A stretch of DNA of 32,000 nucleotides from Sinorhizobium meliloti (GCF_017876815.1 NZ_JAGIOS010000002.1:750001-782000), one strand, 5' to 3'; counted from the first letter of the stretch, positions 16,172 through 26,063 are shown. A program made the numbers and translations. The notes: generated from the letters alone by a model not told the origin.

Positions 16172-17269
16172 TCAGGAGAGGCTCTGCTCGTAGTCCGCGT
16201 AGGTGAATTCGCGGACGGTCCTGACGCTTCCGTCAAGTTCCCTGATGGCGATCGCCGGCATCTTCACGCCGTTGAACCAGTTCTTCTTGACCATCGTGTA
16301 ACCGGCGGCGTCCTGAAACGAGATGCGGTCGCCGACCTTAAGCTCTTCGGCGAAGCGGAACTCGCCGAAGACGTCGCCGGCGAGGCAGGACTTGCCGCAG
16401 ATCATGTAGCTATGCGACCCCTCGTTCGGCAAAACCTTGGCGGTCTCGCGATAGATCAACAAGTCCAGCATATGCGCCTCGATCGAACTGTCGACGATGG
16501 CGAGATTCTTGCCGTTGTAGAGCGTGTCGAGCACCGTCACTTCCAGCGTCGTGCTCTTCGTGATCGAAGCTTCGCCCGGCTCCAGATAGATCTGAACGCC
16601 GTAGCGGTCGGAAAATGCCCTGAGGCGCGCCGAAAAGGCGTCGACCGGATAGTCGTCCCCGGTGAAGTGGATGCCGCCGCCGAGGCTGACCCAATCGACG
16701 CGGGCGATGAGCGCGCCGAACCTTTCCTCGATCTCGCCGAGCATCCGGTCGAAGAGGCCGAAATCCTTGTTCTCGCAATTGTTGTGGATCATGAAGCCGT
16801 TGATCCGGTCCATGACGCGCTCGACCTTCGCCACGTCCCACTCGCCGAGGCGGCTGAAGGGACGCGCGGGATCGGCGAGATCGAAGCTCGAGGAACTCAC
16901 CTGAGGGTTGAGTCGCAGTCCGCGCGCGATGCCCGCCGCCTTGTCGGCAAAACGCTCCAACTGCGAGATCGAGTTGAAGATGATCTTGTCGGCGTGAGAG
17001 ACCACTTCGTCGATCTCGTTGTCACCATAGGCGACACTATAGGCATGGGTTTCCTTGCCGAACCGCTCGCGGCCGAGCCTCACCTCGAAGAGCGAGGACG
17101 ACGTGGTGCCGTCCATATAGTCGCGCATGAGGTCGAAAACCGACCAGGTGGCGAAGCACTTCAGCGCCAGCAAAGCCTTGGCGCCGGATTTCTCGCGCAC
17201 ATGGGCGATCCTTTCCATGTTGCGGGTAAGCTTGGCTTTGTCGATGAGGTAGTATGGGGTCTCGATCAA
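16172..17269 (-). CDS. nspC: Carboxy(nor)spermidine decarboxylase (PLP, alanine-racemase-fold)
   Basis: 365-aa ORF. IETPYYLIDKAKLTRNME, ALKCFATWSVFDL, GTTSSSLFE, HNNCEN and CLAGDVFGEF match NspC/CASDC as I remember it. The start is TTG, with an in-frame TAA 7 codons upstream and no ATG or GTG between them. Confidence 0.85.
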   Translation of the reverse strand: MIETPYYLIDKAKLTRNMERIAHVREKSGAKALLALKCFATWSVFDLMRDYMDGTTSSSLFEVRLGRERFGKETHAYSVAYGDNEIDEVVSHADKIIFNSISQLERFADKAAGIARGLRLNPQVSSSSFDLADPARPFSRLGEWDVAKVERVMDRINGFMIHNNCENKDFGLFDRMLGEIEERFGALIARVDWVSLGGGIHFTGDDYPVDAFSARLRAFSDRYGVQIYLEPGEASITKSTTLEVTVLDTLYNGKNLAIVDSSIEAHMLDLLIYRETAKVLPNEGSHSYMICGKSCLAGDVFGEFRFAEELKVGDRISFQDAAGYTMVKKNWFNGVKMPAIAIRELDGSVRTVREFTYADYEQSLS

Positions 17270-17352
17270 GGCAGGACCTGTCTGTTCTTAAATCCGAAAC
17301 GGTCCTCCTAGGAAAACGTGACTGTTTGCGCAACCCGGCTCGGCCTGCCGAG

Positions 17353-17383
17353 ACAAAATGCCCGCCCCGTGGCCCCGGGGGCG
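17353..17383 (-). terminator. Possible weak intrinsic terminator after the 3-hydroxyacyl-CoA dehydrogenase gene
   Basis: The minus-strand RNA reads CGCCCC-cggggccac-GGGGCG followed by GGCAUUUUGU. This is a 6-bp all-GC stem with a 9-nt loop, starting a few nt after the stop. Confidence 0.3.
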
Positions 17384-17387
17384 CCCG

Positions 17388-18704
17388 TCAAAGGAAGCTG
17401 CCTCGCGAGGCAGCCCGGAGCAGCGGATCGCAAGGGGGATCGGCGAGCCCCGCCTCCGCAAGCGCACTCAGCTCCCCCGCGACCTTGTGAAGCCCGTGCG
17501 CCTCGGCATGATGCATCAGCCCGCCCCGCCAGCGTGGAAAGCCGTAGCCGTGGATCTCCACGAGATCGATATCGGAAGCCCTCAGAGCCGTTCCATCTTC
17601 GAGAATCCGCGCAGCCTCGTTCACCATCGGCCAGAGGACGCAGCCGACGATGGACGCCTCGCCCCAATCGCGCCGGGGCCAGCCCCGAGCCTCCTCCGCG
17701 ATGATGCGGGCGACCGTCGCGGAGGGCCGTGGCGTGCGGTCGCCCGGCGCGTAGTCGTACCAGCCGCCGCCGCTCTTCTGCCCGAAGCGCTCGATCGCCG
17801 AGAGGCGATCGGCAACCGGCGCAAAAGTCGTCTCGCCGCGGGCGCGGGCGGCACCGCGCTGGAAGGCGGCGATATCCAGCCCGCCGAGGTCTTGCGCCTC
17901 GAATGGTCCCATCGGCAGCCCGAAGGCGCGCAGGGCGGCATCGACGGCGGCCGGTGTCGCGCCGCTGAGCAGCAGCCGCTCGGCCTGGGCCCGCGTCACC
18001 TTGAGAATCCGGTTGCCGATGAAACCGTCCGAGATACCCGCGCGTACGGGGATTTTGTTGAGCATCCGCGCCAGCGCGAAACCGGTCGCCAACACGTCGG
18101 GCGCCGTCGCTTGCGTGGGCACGATTTCGAGAAGCTTCATCACCTGCGCCGGGCTGAAGAAATGCAGCCCGAGAAACCGCTCCCGGCTCCCGATGTCCGC
18201 GGCGATCCGTTCGGGATTGAGATAGGATGTGTTCGTCGCGAGAATGGCGTCAGCGCGACAGACGGCGGCGAGCCTTCGAAAGACATCGCGCTTCACGTCC
18301 AAATCCTCGAAGACCGCCTCGATGATCAGATCCGCCTCCGCGATCGCGGTATAATCCGTCGAGCCCGTGACGCCTGCAAGGCGCTCGGCCGCAAGCCCGG
18401 CGGAGATGCGCCCGCGTTTCACCGCCCCGTCGAAGATTGTGCGCAGCCTGGCAAGCGCCCGTTCCACCGCCGCCTCGTCACGCTCGACCAGGACGAGCGG
18501 AAGACCGGCGTGAAGCAGCGCCGCGGCGATGCCGGTTCCCATGGTGCCGCCGCCGATCACCGCCGCCGAACGGATCGGGCGCGGCTCGATGCCGGCAAGC
18601 GCCGGTGGGCGCCGTGCGGCGCGCTCGGCGTGAAAAACGTAGCGCAGGGGATTGCCGGTGGCGACGACGGCGATCCCGCCTCTATGCACGATGCTGAGGG
18701 GCAC
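17388..18704 (-). CDS. 3-hydroxyacyl-CoA dehydrogenase (NAD-binding plus C-terminal domains, FadB/EHHADH C-terminal type). A likely PaaH-equivalent step of the paa pathway.
   Basis: It has AAVIGGGTMGTGIA (Rossmann), EAVFEDLDVKRDVF, NTSYL, LHFFSPAQVMKLLEIV, GFIGNRIL, GPFEAQDLGGLDI and HGYGFPRWRGGLM. I propose GTG 18704 as the start, 8 nt after GGAGGA. The track's ATG 18752 has no SD. Confidence 0.85.
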   Translation of the reverse strand: MPLSIVHRGGIAVVATGNPLRYVFHAERAARRPPALAGIEPRPIRSAAVIGGGTMGTGIAAALLHAGLPLVLVERDEAAVERALARLRTIFDGAVKRGRISAGLAAERLAGVTGSTDYTAIAEADLIIEAVFEDLDVKRDVFRRLAAVCRADAILATNTSYLNPERIAADIGSRERFLGLHFFSPAQVMKLLEIVPTQATAPDVLATGFALARMLNKIPVRAGISDGFIGNRILKVTRAQAERLLLSGATPAAVDAALRAFGLPMGPFEAQDLGGLDIAAFQRGAARARGETTFAPVADRLSAIERFGQKSGGGWYDYAPGDRTPRPSATVARIIAEEARGWPRRDWGEASIVGCVLWPMVNEAARILEDGTALRASDIDLVEIHGYGFPRWRGGLMHHAEAHGLHKVAGELSALAEAGLADPPCDPLLRAASRGSFL

Positions 18705-18796
18705 GATGCTCGTCCTCCGTGCGGGGCATGATTGACCGGCCGATCGGTCCATGCAAGGCTTTTATTGGCGAGGCCCAGAGGGTGCAGGGAGGAAAC

Positions 18797-19588
18797 ATGC
18801 CCGATTCCGACACCGTACTGTCGGCGCTTGAGGCCGGCGTCTTGCGCCTGACGCTCAACCGGCCCGACAAGCTCAACGCCTTCAACGAGGAAATGCATCT
18901 CGCACTGCGCGCCGGCTTCGAGCGCGCCCGTTCGGACGACGATGTGCGTGCCGTGATGCTGACGGGAGCGGGGCGCGGCTTTTCCGCGGGCCAGGACCTC
19001 GGCGACCGCGATCCCCGCAAGGGCGGCGCACCGGACCTCGGTCGCACGATCGAAACCTTTTACAACCCGCTCCTGAAGCTGATCCGAAGCCTGGAGAAAC
19101 CGGTCGTCTGCGCCGTCAACGGAGTTGCCGCGGGGGCCGGCGCCAACATCGCGTTTGCCTGCGACATCACGCTTGCCGCCCGTTCCGCCCGCTTCATCCA
19201 GGCCTTCGCGAAAATCGGACTGGTGCCCGATTCCGGCGGAACCTGGAGCCTGCCGCGGCTCGTCGGCGAAGCGCGCGCCAAGGCGCTGGCGATGACGGCC
19301 GAACCGCTGGACGCGGAGACGGCAGCGAGCTGGGGCCTGATCTGGCGCGCCGTCGACGACGCGGCGCTGATGGACGAGGCCTCCGCGCTCGCCGTTCGGC
19401 TCGCTGCCGGGCCGACCAGGGGGCTCGGTCTGACCAAGCGCGCGATCCAGGCCGCCGCCACCCATTCCTTCGACGAACAGCTCGACCTCGAACGCGACCT
19501 GCAGCGCGAAGCCGGCCGCAGCGCCGACTATGCAGAGGGCGTGACAGCCTTCCTCGACAAACGCAACCCGGAATTCAGGGGTCGGTGA
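18797..19588 (+). CDS. paaG: 2-(1,2-epoxy-1,2-dihydrophenyl)acetyl-CoA isomerase (crotonase family)
   Basis: LTLNRPDKLNAFNEEMH, LTGAGRGFSAGQDL, FYNPLL, VVCAVNGVAAGAGAN, GLVPDSGGTW, QLDLERDLQREAGRSADYAEGVTAFLDKRNPEF align almost colinearly with E. coli PaaG as I remember it. The ATG at 18797 follows GGGAGGAAAC. Confidence 0.88.
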   Translation: MPDSDTVLSALEAGVLRLTLNRPDKLNAFNEEMHLALRAGFERARSDDDVRAVMLTGAGRGFSAGQDLGDRDPRKGGAPDLGRTIETFYNPLLKLIRSLEKPVVCAVNGVAAGAGANIAFACDITLAARSARFIQAFAKIGLVPDSGGTWSLPRLVGEARAKALAMTAEPLDAETAASWGLIWRAVDDAALMDEASALAVRLAAGPTRGLGLTKRAIQAAATHSFDEQLDLERDLQREAGRSADYAEGVTAFLDKRNPEFRGR

Positions 19589-19621
19589 CGAGCGGGCGGT
19601 GTCGGAGCCAGACGAGCAGTC

Positions 19622-20125
19622 CTACTCCCCAACATCCCGCCCCGTTTCGGCGACCGTCTTCAGCCGATGGGCGAATTCCCGCCGAAGTGTGCGGCGCAGC
19701 TCGGCCGCCTGGTGGCGGCGTTTTTCGGTTGCCGTCTCCGGGTGGTACTCCGGAACCGTGACGGGCCGGCCCGCATCGTCGACGGCGACCATCGTGAAAT
19801 AGCAGGAATTGGTGTGCCGCCGCGTGCCCGCCCGGATGTTTTCCGCCTCCACCCTTATTCCGACCTCCATCGAGGTGCGGCCGGCATAGTTGATGGCCGC
19901 GCGGCAGGTGACGAGTTCGCCGACATGGATCGGCTCCTTGAAGATCACCTGGTCCACGGAGAGCGTCACCGCATATTGCTTGGAAAAGCGCGACGCGCAG
20001 GAGAAGGCCACCCGGTCGAGCAGGTTCAAAAGCGCGCCGCCATGCACCTTGCCGCTGAAATTCGCCATGTCCGGCGTCATCAGAACGGTCATCACCAGAT
20101 GCCGCGTCTCCTGCTCCGTCATCAT
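19622..20125 (-). CDS. Acyl-CoA thioesterase, hotdog fold (YciA/BFIT-type)
   Basis: 167-aa ORF. MTPDMANFSGKVHGGALLNLLDRVAFSCASRF...AVTLSVDQVIFKEPIHVGELV...GRTSMEVGIRV is the typical acyl-CoA hydrolase hotdog pattern. Its start overlaps the paaZ stop (ATGA). Confidence 0.8.
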   Translation of the reverse strand: MMTEQETRHLVMTVLMTPDMANFSGKVHGGALLNLLDRVAFSCASRFSKQYAVTLSVDQVIFKEPIHVGELVTCRAAINYAGRTSMEVGIRVEAENIRAGTRRHTNSCYFTMVAVDDAGRPVTVPEYHPETATEKRRHQAAELRRTLRREFAHRLKTVAETGRDVGE

Positions 20126-22188
20126 TCTTCCCCGCTTCCGGTCTTCGCCACCATCGTCAATACATCATATTGGGCGACGGTTGCGCCAGTCTGGTTGGTG
20201 ACGCGGCAGTCCCATCGCACCTCCCCGTAGTCGGAGTTTATTCGCGGACTGATCTCCTTGCAGGTGAGCCGGACCTGAAGCGCATCGCCGGGATAGACGG
20301 GCGTCAGGAACCGCAGCCCGTCGACGCCGTAATTTGCGAGCACCGGCCCCGGGGCGGGATCGACGAAGAGACCGGCGGCCAGAGAGACGACGAGATAGCC
20401 ATGCGCGACCCGGCCGTCGAAGAACGGATTGGCGCGTGCGGCCTCCTCGTCCATATGCGCGTAGAAGGTATCGCCGGTAAATTCGGCGAAGTGCTCGATG
20501 TCTTCGAGCGTAACGGTGCGCGTCTCCGTGACGATCTGGTCGCCGACCCGCAGCTCGGCGAGCGACTTGCGGAAGGGGTGCTCGCCCCCGGACCGCGCCG
20601 GCGCACCCTCCATCCAGCGGCCGGTGACGGCAGCGACGAGGCCCGGCGCGCCCTGGACGGCCGTGCGCTGCATGTAGTGCCTGACGCCCCGCATGCCGCC
20701 CAGTTCCTCGCCGCCGCCGGCCCGGCCGGGGCCGCCATGGACGAGACCCGGCAAGGGCGAGCCGTGCCCGGTCGACGATTTCGCGCTCAGGCGGTTGCCG
20801 ATCATCACGCGGCCGTGGAACGGCGCCATGCCGATCACCAGCTCCCGCGCAATATCGGGATCATTGGTGAAGACGGAGGTGACGAGGCTCCCCCTTCCGC
20901 GCCTGACGAGGTCAACCGCCTCTTCCGCCGTATCATAGGGCATGACCGTGCTCACGGGGCCGAAGGCCTCGACGTCGTGAACCGACCGCGCTGCGTCGGG
21001 ACTATCGCAATAGAGAAGAACGGGATTGAGGAAAGCCCCCGCCTCCGCATCGCCGGAGACAAGCTGCGGTCTTGCCGGATCGCCCGCAACGATCTCTGCA
21101 TCCGTGGTGAGATCGAGGATGCGCGCCCTCACCTCTTCGCGCTGATCACGGCTTGCGAGCGGCCCCATCCGCACGTTCTCGTCGGCGGGATCGCCGAGCG
21201 GAACCTTGGCAAGCCGCTCGCCGAGAGCGGTGATCAGCGCGTCGCAATGGGCCCGCGGGGCGATCACCCTGCGAATGGCCGTGCATTTCTGCCCGGCCTT
21301 CGACGTCATCTCGCGGGCGACTTCGCGGACGAAAAGACCGAACTCCTCCGCTCCAGGGGCCGCATCGAGCCCGAGAACCGCCGCATTGAGGCTGTCGGCC
21401 TCCATGGTGAAGCGCACCGAATTACCGACGATCGCGGGATGGGTCTTGAGCTTGCGCCCGGTCGTGGCCGAGCCGGTGAAGGTCACCACGTCCTGGTCGC
21501 CGACATGATCCAGAAGATTGCCCGGGGAGCCGCAGACGAGCTGGAGCGCCCCTTCCGGAAGCAAACCGGTGTCGACGATCCGCCGTACCACCAGCTCGGC
21601 GAGATAGGCGGTTTGGCTCGCAGGCTTGACGATCGCAGGCATCCCCGCCAGCAGCGTCGGCGCGAGCTTTTCGAGCATGCCCCAGCAGGGAAAGTTGAAG
21701 GCATTGATGTGCACCGCGATGCCCTGACGCGGCGTCAGGATATGCTGGGCGGAAAAGGTGCCATCGCGCGACAGCGCCTCGACGTCGCCGTCGAGGAGCA
21801 CATGGCTGTTCGGCAGTTCCCGCCTGCCCTTCGAGGCGTAGGAGAAAAGCGTGCCGATGCCGCCTTCGATATCGATCCAGCTGTCCGGGCGCGTGGCGCC
21901 GGTGGCGGTGGACAGCGCATAGAATTCCTCCTTGCGCTCCATAAGTGCCTGGGCAAGCGCCTTCAGCATCATCGCCCGTTCGTGGAACGACATGCGGCGG
22001 AGCGCCGGCCCGCCCTTTTCGCGTCCATAGGCAAGCGCAGCAGCGAAATCGATGCCGCTGGAATCGACGAGCGCCACCGGCGCGCCGGTCGCAGCGTCGC
22101 AAAGGGTCACGCCGTCCTTCGATCCGCGCATCCAGGCGCCGGCGATATAGCTTTCGAGCCGGCGCGGCCGGTCCGCCACTACGTTCAT
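20122..22188 (-). CDS. paaZ: Bifunctional oxepin-CoA hydrolase / 3-oxo-5,6-dehydrosuberyl-CoA semialdehyde dehydrogenase
   Basis: 688-aa ORF. The N-terminal aldehyde-dehydrogenase domain has [25 protein letters not shown] and EADSLN. The C-terminal MaoC-type hydratase domain has [16 protein letters not shown] and GRVAHGYL. This fusion is characteristic of PaaZ. Confidence 0.9.
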   Translation of the reverse strand: MNVVADRPRRLESYIAGAWMRGSKDGVTLCDAATGAPVALVDSSGIDFAAALAYGREKGGPALRRMSFHERAMMLKALAQALMERKEEFYALSTATGATRPDSWIDIEGGIGTLFSYASKGRRELPNSHVLLDGDVEALSRDGTFSAQHILTPRQGIAVHINAFNFPCWGMLEKLAPTLLAGMPAIVKPASQTAYLAELVVRRIVDTGLLPEGALQLVCGSPGNLLDHVGDQDVVTFTGSATTGRKLKTHPAIVGNSVRFTMEADSLNAAVLGLDAAPGAEEFGLFVREVAREMTSKAGQKCTAIRRVIAPRAHCDALITALGERLAKVPLGDPADENVRMGPLASRDQREEVRARILDLTTDAEIVAGDPARPQLVSGDAEAGAFLNPVLLYCDSPDAARSVHDVEAFGPVSTVMPYDTAEEAVDLVRRGRGSLVTSVFTNDPDIARELVIGMAPFHGRVMIGNRLSAKSSTGHGSPLPGLVHGGPGRAGGGEELGGMRGVRHYMQRTAVQGAPGLVAAVTGRWMEGAPARSGGEHPFRKSLAELRVGDQIVTETRTVTLEDIEHFAEFTGDTFYAHMDEEAARANPFFDGRVAHGYLVVSLAAGLFVDPAPGPVLANYGVDGLRFLTPVYPGDALQVRLTCKEISPRINSDYGEVRWDCRVTNQTGATVAQYDVLTMVAKTGSGEE

Positions 22189-22238
22189 CGGATGGTCCTC
22201 CCGTCAGTTCAGCTTCAGCGTCGGCTCGGCATCGGCGG

Positions 22239-23315
22239 TCACTGATCGTAGCTGACGACGATCCGGTCGCTGAGCGGATAGGATTGGCAGGTCAGCACAT
22301 AGCCCTGCTCCACCTCGTAGTCCTCGAGCGCATTGTTGCTCTCCATCTCCACCTCGCCTTCCAGCACCTTGGCGCGGCACGAGGAGCAGACCCCCGCCTT
22401 GCAGGCGAATGGCGCGTCCATCCTGTTTTCGAGCGCCGCTTCGAGGAGGCTCATCCCCTCTTTCGGAAATGTGAAGCTGCGCGTGGCGCCGTCGAGTGTG
22501 ACGGTCGCCTCGCAGCGCGCCCGGCTGTCGGCGCCGGCGGCGGTTTCGACCTTGCGCCGGGCGCGGCCGGGCTGGGAGGCGGCGAACAGCTCGAACTTGA
22601 TCCGGTCGTCGCCAAGGCCATGCGCGCGAAGTGCTGCGGCAACGCCAAGCATCATCGGTTCCGGCCCGCAGATGAAGGCGGTATCGGCCGACGTTACGTC
22701 GATCCAGCTCCGGAAGAGGGCAGTGCATTTTTCCCGATCGAGCCGCCCGCTGAACAGGTCGATCTCCTGGGCTTCGCTCTCGAGGACGTGCAGAACGGAA
22801 AGCCGCCCCAGATAGAGATTCTTGAGGTCGTCCAGTTCCTCGCGGAACATGATCGAGCTGAAGTGGCGGTTGGCGTAGACAAGCGTGAACGCGGACCGCG
22901 GCTCGCGCGCGAGCACCGTCTTTATGAGCGAGAGCACCGGCGTGATGCCGCTGCCGCCTGCAAAGCCGAGATAGTGTTTGGCGGCCTCCGGCTCGATAGG
23001 CGTAAAGAAGGCGCCCATCGGCGGCATGGCTTCCAGCGTGTCTCCGGGCTCGAGCTCCTCATTTGCCCAGCTGGAGAAGCAGCCGTCATCGACGCGCTTG
23101 ATGCCGACCTTCAGGGCGCCTTCGTCAAGACCGGCGCAGATCGAATACGAACGGCGCAGCTCCTCGCCGCCGAAGAGGCGGCGGAACGTCAGATATTGCC
23201 CTTGCGTGAAATCGAAGGCGGCGCGGTCCTCCTCGCGCGGCTCGAGCGTCACCACCACGGCATCGCGCGTATCGCGCCGGACTTCGGTGATCTGAAGAGG
23301 ATAAAAACGTGCCAT
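22239..23315 (-). CDS. paaE: Phenylacetyl-CoA 1,2-epoxidase reductase subunit (FNR-like plus plant-type 2Fe-2S)
   Basis: It has RSYSIC (FAD-binding), GGSGITP (NAD-binding) and the C-terminal CKAGVCSSCRAKVLEGEVEM...LTCQ ferredoxin motif. I start it at ATG 23315 (MARFYPLQITEV), not the track's 23453, which overlaps paaD. Confidence 0.88.
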   Translation of the reverse strand: MARFYPLQITEVRRDTRDAVVVTLEPREEDRAAFDFTQGQYLTFRRLFGGEELRRSYSICAGLDEGALKVGIKRVDDGCFSSWANEELEPGDTLEAMPPMGAFFTPIEPEAAKHYLGFAGGSGITPVLSLIKTVLAREPRSAFTLVYANRHFSSIMFREELDDLKNLYLGRLSVLHVLESEAQEIDLFSGRLDREKCTALFRSWIDVTSADTAFICGPEPMMLGVAAALRAHGLGDDRIKFELFAASQPGRARRKVETAAGADSRARCEATVTLDGATRSFTFPKEGMSLLEAALENRMDAPFACKAGVCSSCRAKVLEGEVEMESNNALEDYEVEQGYVLTCQSYPLSDRIVVSYDQ

Positions 23316-23343
23316 TTGAGCGTTCTTCCCGCCTCGCATTACG

Positions 23344-23868
23344 TCAGATGCATTTGAAATAATCGAAGGGCTCCAGACAGTCCCGGCAGCGATAGCTCGC
23401 TTTGCAGGGCGTCGATCCGAACTGGCTGACCTTATCGGTCCGGGCGGAGCCACAGCGCGGACAGGAGACCGTCAGCGCCGCACCGCCCGAGAGGCCTTCG
23501 ATCCGTTTCAACAGCCTGCCCTCCGCCCCGCTGCCGTCGACGGGGGCCGCAATGCCATAGCTTTCAAGCTTTTCGCGGCCCTCGGCGCTAATCCAGTCGG
23601 TGGTCCAGGCGGGCGAGAGCTGGCGTTCGAGCCTGACACTCTCGATGCCGTTCTCCTTGAGCCGCCGCTCGATATCGAGGTTGATGACCGCCGTGGCGGG
23701 ACAGCCCGAATAGGTCGGCGTCACCGTCACCACCAGCGTTTCGCCATCCCAGTCGACGTTGCGGACGATGCCGAGGTCGGTCACGGAGATGACCGGAATT
23801 TCCGGATCCGGCACTTGCGAGAGCCAATGCCATACATCCGCGATCGAGGGGCGTATCGCCGTTGCCAT
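23344..23868 (-). CDS. paaD: Phenylacetyl-CoA 1,2-epoxidase subunit PaaD
   Basis: 174-aa ORF. It has VPDPEIPVISVTDLGIVR (DUF59-type) and the C-terminal Cys cluster CPRCGS...CKASYRCRDCLEPFDYFK. The ATG sits 5 nt after AGGAGG. Confidence 0.88.
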   Translation of the reverse strand: MATAIRPSIADVWHWLSQVPDPEIPVISVTDLGIVRNVDWDGETLVVTVTPTYSGCPATAVINLDIERRLKENGIESVRLERQLSPAWTTDWISAEGREKLESYGIAAPVDGSGAEGRLLKRIEGLSGGAALTVSCPRCGSARTDKVSQFGSTPCKASYRCRDCLEPFDYFKCI

Positions 23869-23877
23869 ATGAGCCTC

Positions 23878-24666
23878 CTACCAGCTGGCGCCGGGATAGG
23901 CGCGCTGCAGGAACTGCATCTCGGCGAGCACATAGCCGAGATGCTCCGTATGGAGGCCGCGCTTGCCGCCCTTGTGCATATAGCGGTCCTCCGGTTTTTC
24001 GAGCGTCGCCGCGCGAAGTGTCTCAGCGGCCAGCGCATGCCATTCGGCCTTCAAGCTCTCCGGCTCCGGCGCGACGCCGGCAGCCGCAAGGACGAGGTCG
24101 TGCGCCTCGCTCACGAACATCTCGCCGGTATAGGGCCAGATATCGACCAGCGCCTCCTGCATACGGGCGTGGCTTTCCGCCGTTCCGTCACCGAGGCGGA
24201 TCACGAGATCGCGGCTCCGTTCGAGATGGTAGGCCACCTCCTTCGACGCCTTCTCGGCGATCGCGGCGATGCGCGGCTCGCAGGAGCTGCGAAGGCCTTT
24301 CAGCGCGAGATAGTGCCATGCATCGAACAGAAACTGACGCATCAGCGTCCCGCCGTAATCGCCGTTCGGCCGCTCGGTGAGCAGCAGGTTGCGGAAGTCG
24401 CGCGCGTCGCGGAGATAGGCAAGATCGTCCGCGCTGCGGCCCTTTCCTTCGACCTCGCCTGCAAAGCCGAGCCAGAGCTGCGTCTGGCCGATGAGGTCGA
24501 GTGCCGTGTTGGCGAGCGCGATGTCCTCTTCGAGAGCCGGGGCGTGGCCGCACCATTCCGAAAGACGATGGCCGAGGATCAACGCATTGTCGCCCATGCC
24601 GAGCAGGAAATCGAAAAGAGCGGCCCTGTCGACGACCGCCTGCATCGCGGTTGCCTGAACCATCAC
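23878..24666 (-). CDS. paaC: Phenylacetyl-CoA 1,2-epoxidase structural subunit PaaC
   Basis: 262-aa ORF. LGDNALILGHRLSEWCGHAPALEEDIALANTALDLIGQ is typical of PaaC. Its position between paaB and paaD fits. The start is GTG 24666 (GTGA overlap with the paaB stop) or ATG 24663. Confidence 0.88.
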   Translation of the reverse strand: MMVQATAMQAVVDRAALFDFLLGMGDNALILGHRLSEWCGHAPALEEDIALANTALDLIGQTQLWLGFAGEVEGKGRSADDLAYLRDARDFRNLLLTERPNGDYGGTLMRQFLFDAWHYLALKGLRSSCEPRIAAIAEKASKEVAYHLERSRDLVIRLGDGTAESHARMQEALVDIWPYTGEMFVSEAHDLVLAAAGVAPEPESLKAEWHALAAETLRAATLEKPEDRYMHKGGKRGLHTEHLGYVLAEMQFLQRAYPGASW

Positions 24667-24947
24667 ATGTGCCCCGCCTCATCCGGAATGTCGAAGAAAG
24701 TCGGGTGCCGGTAGACCTTCGCATTCGCAGGCTCGAACAACGGGCCTTTTTCCGAGGGCGCGCTTGCCGCTATGTCGCTCGAACGCACCACCCAGATGCT
24801 GACGCCCTCGTTGCGGCGGGTATAGACGTCGCGGGCGTTATTGATCGCCATTTCGGCATCCGGTGCGTGCAGGCTGCCGACATGGCGATGGTTCAGGCCG
24901 TGCTGGCCGCGGATGAAGACTTCCCAGAGGGGCCATTCGCTGGACAT
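24663..24947 (-). CDS. paaB: Phenylacetyl-CoA 1,2-epoxidase subunit PaaB
   Basis: The 94-aa product MSSEWPLWEVFIRGQHGLNHRHVGSLHAPDAEMAINNARDVYTRR is the conserved PaaB sequence. I start it at ATG 24947 rather than the track's 25013, which would overlap paaA. Confidence 0.9.
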   Translation of the reverse strand: MSSEWPLWEVFIRGQHGLNHRHVGSLHAPDAEMAINNARDVYTRRNEGVSIWVVRSSDIAASAPSEKGPLFEPANAKVYRHPTFFDIPDEAGHM

Positions 24948-24966
24948 AACGTCTCGCTCCCGATGT

Positions 24967-25965
24967 TCATTCGGCGGCGACCGGCTGCGCGCGAAGTGCG
25001 GCCTTTTCGGCATGCGCCGTCAGGCCGTCCCGGAACCAGGCGCCGTCCTCCCAGGCCTTCCTGCGCGCGCCGAGCCGCTCGGCATTACAAGGGCCATTGC
25101 CGGCGATCACCTCGAAAAATTCGTTCCAGTCCGGCTCGCCGAAATCGTAGCCGCCTTTTTCCTCGTTCCACTTCAGATCCGGATCGGGGACGGTCAGCCC
25201 GAGATATTCGGCCTGTGGGACCGTCTGGTTGACGAATTTCTGTCTGAGTTCGTCGTTGGAGTTCTGCTTGATCTTCCACGCCATCGACTGGGCCGAGTGG
25301 ACCGAGGCGTCGTCCGACGGGCCGAACATCATCAGCGACGGCCACCACCAGCGGTTCAGTGCGTCCTGCACCATGGCCCTCTGGTCAGGCGTGCCCTTCA
25401 TCATCTTGATCAGAATGTCGTAGCCCTGGCGCTGATGGAAGCTCTCCTCCTTGCAGATGCGGATCATCGCGCGCGAATAGGGGCCGTAGGAGCAGCGCTG
25501 CAACGGCACCTGATTCATGATCGCCGCGCCGTCGACCAGCCAGCCGATGGCGCCGATATCCGCCCAGCTGAGCGTCGGATAATTGAAGATCGACGAATAC
25601 TTGGCCTTGCCGGTATGGAGCTGCTCGTAAAGCGCGTCGCGGCTCACCCCCAGCGTCTCGGCGGCGCAGTAGAGATAGAGACCATGCCCCGCCTCGTCCT
25701 GAACCTTGGCGAGCAGGATCGCCTTGCGCTCCAGCGTCGGGGCGCGGGTGATCCAGTTGCCTTCGGGAAGCTGGCCGACGATCTCGGAGTGGGCGTGCTG
25801 GCTGATCTGGCGGATGAGCGTCTTGCGATAGCCTTCGGGCATCCATTCCTTCGGCTCGATCTTCTGACCCGCGTCGATCCGCTCCTGGAAAGCGCGCTCT
25901 TGCGGGTCCATATCGTCGGGGCTTTTGACCCGAGGGGCATCCGTCTTCACCATTTGAGCATACAT
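24967..25965 (-). CDS. paaA: Phenylacetyl-CoA 1,2-epoxidase catalytic subunit PaaA
   Basis: [54 protein letters not shown] and [13 protein letters not shown] (di-iron ligand motifs) are near-identical in pattern to E. coli PaaA. The ATG is preceded by GGAGGAG. Confidence 0.93.
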   Translation of the reverse strand: MYAQMVKTDAPRVKSPDDMDPQERAFQERIDAGQKIEPKEWMPEGYRKTLIRQISQHAHSEIVGQLPEGNWITRAPTLERKAILLAKVQDEAGHGLYLYCAAETLGVSRDALYEQLHTGKAKYSSIFNYPTLSWADIGAIGWLVDGAAIMNQVPLQRCSYGPYSRAMIRICKEESFHQRQGYDILIKMMKGTPDQRAMVQDALNRWWWPSLMMFGPSDDASVHSAQSMAWKIKQNSNDELRQKFVNQTVPQAEYLGLTVPDPDLKWNEEKGGYDFGEPDWNEFFEVIAGNGPCNAERLGARRKAWEDGAWFRDGLTAHAEKAALRAQPVAAE

Positions 25966-26034
25966 GCTGCTCTCTCCTCCGCCGGAGGCGTTCGGGAGTG
26001 ATGTCGATGCAGTTCCTTTTGACCGATCCGTTAG

Positions 26035-26063
26035 AATTTAGCGCAGGACATGTCACACTTCAA
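26035..26063 (-). promoter_or_regulatory. Candidate sigma-70 promoter of paaABCDE
   Basis: On the minus strand it reads TTGAAG (complement of 26058-26063), then a 17-nt spacer, then TAAATT (complement of 26035-26040). It lies about 70 bp upstream of the paaA ATG in the most AT-rich part of the spacer. Confidence 0.4.
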
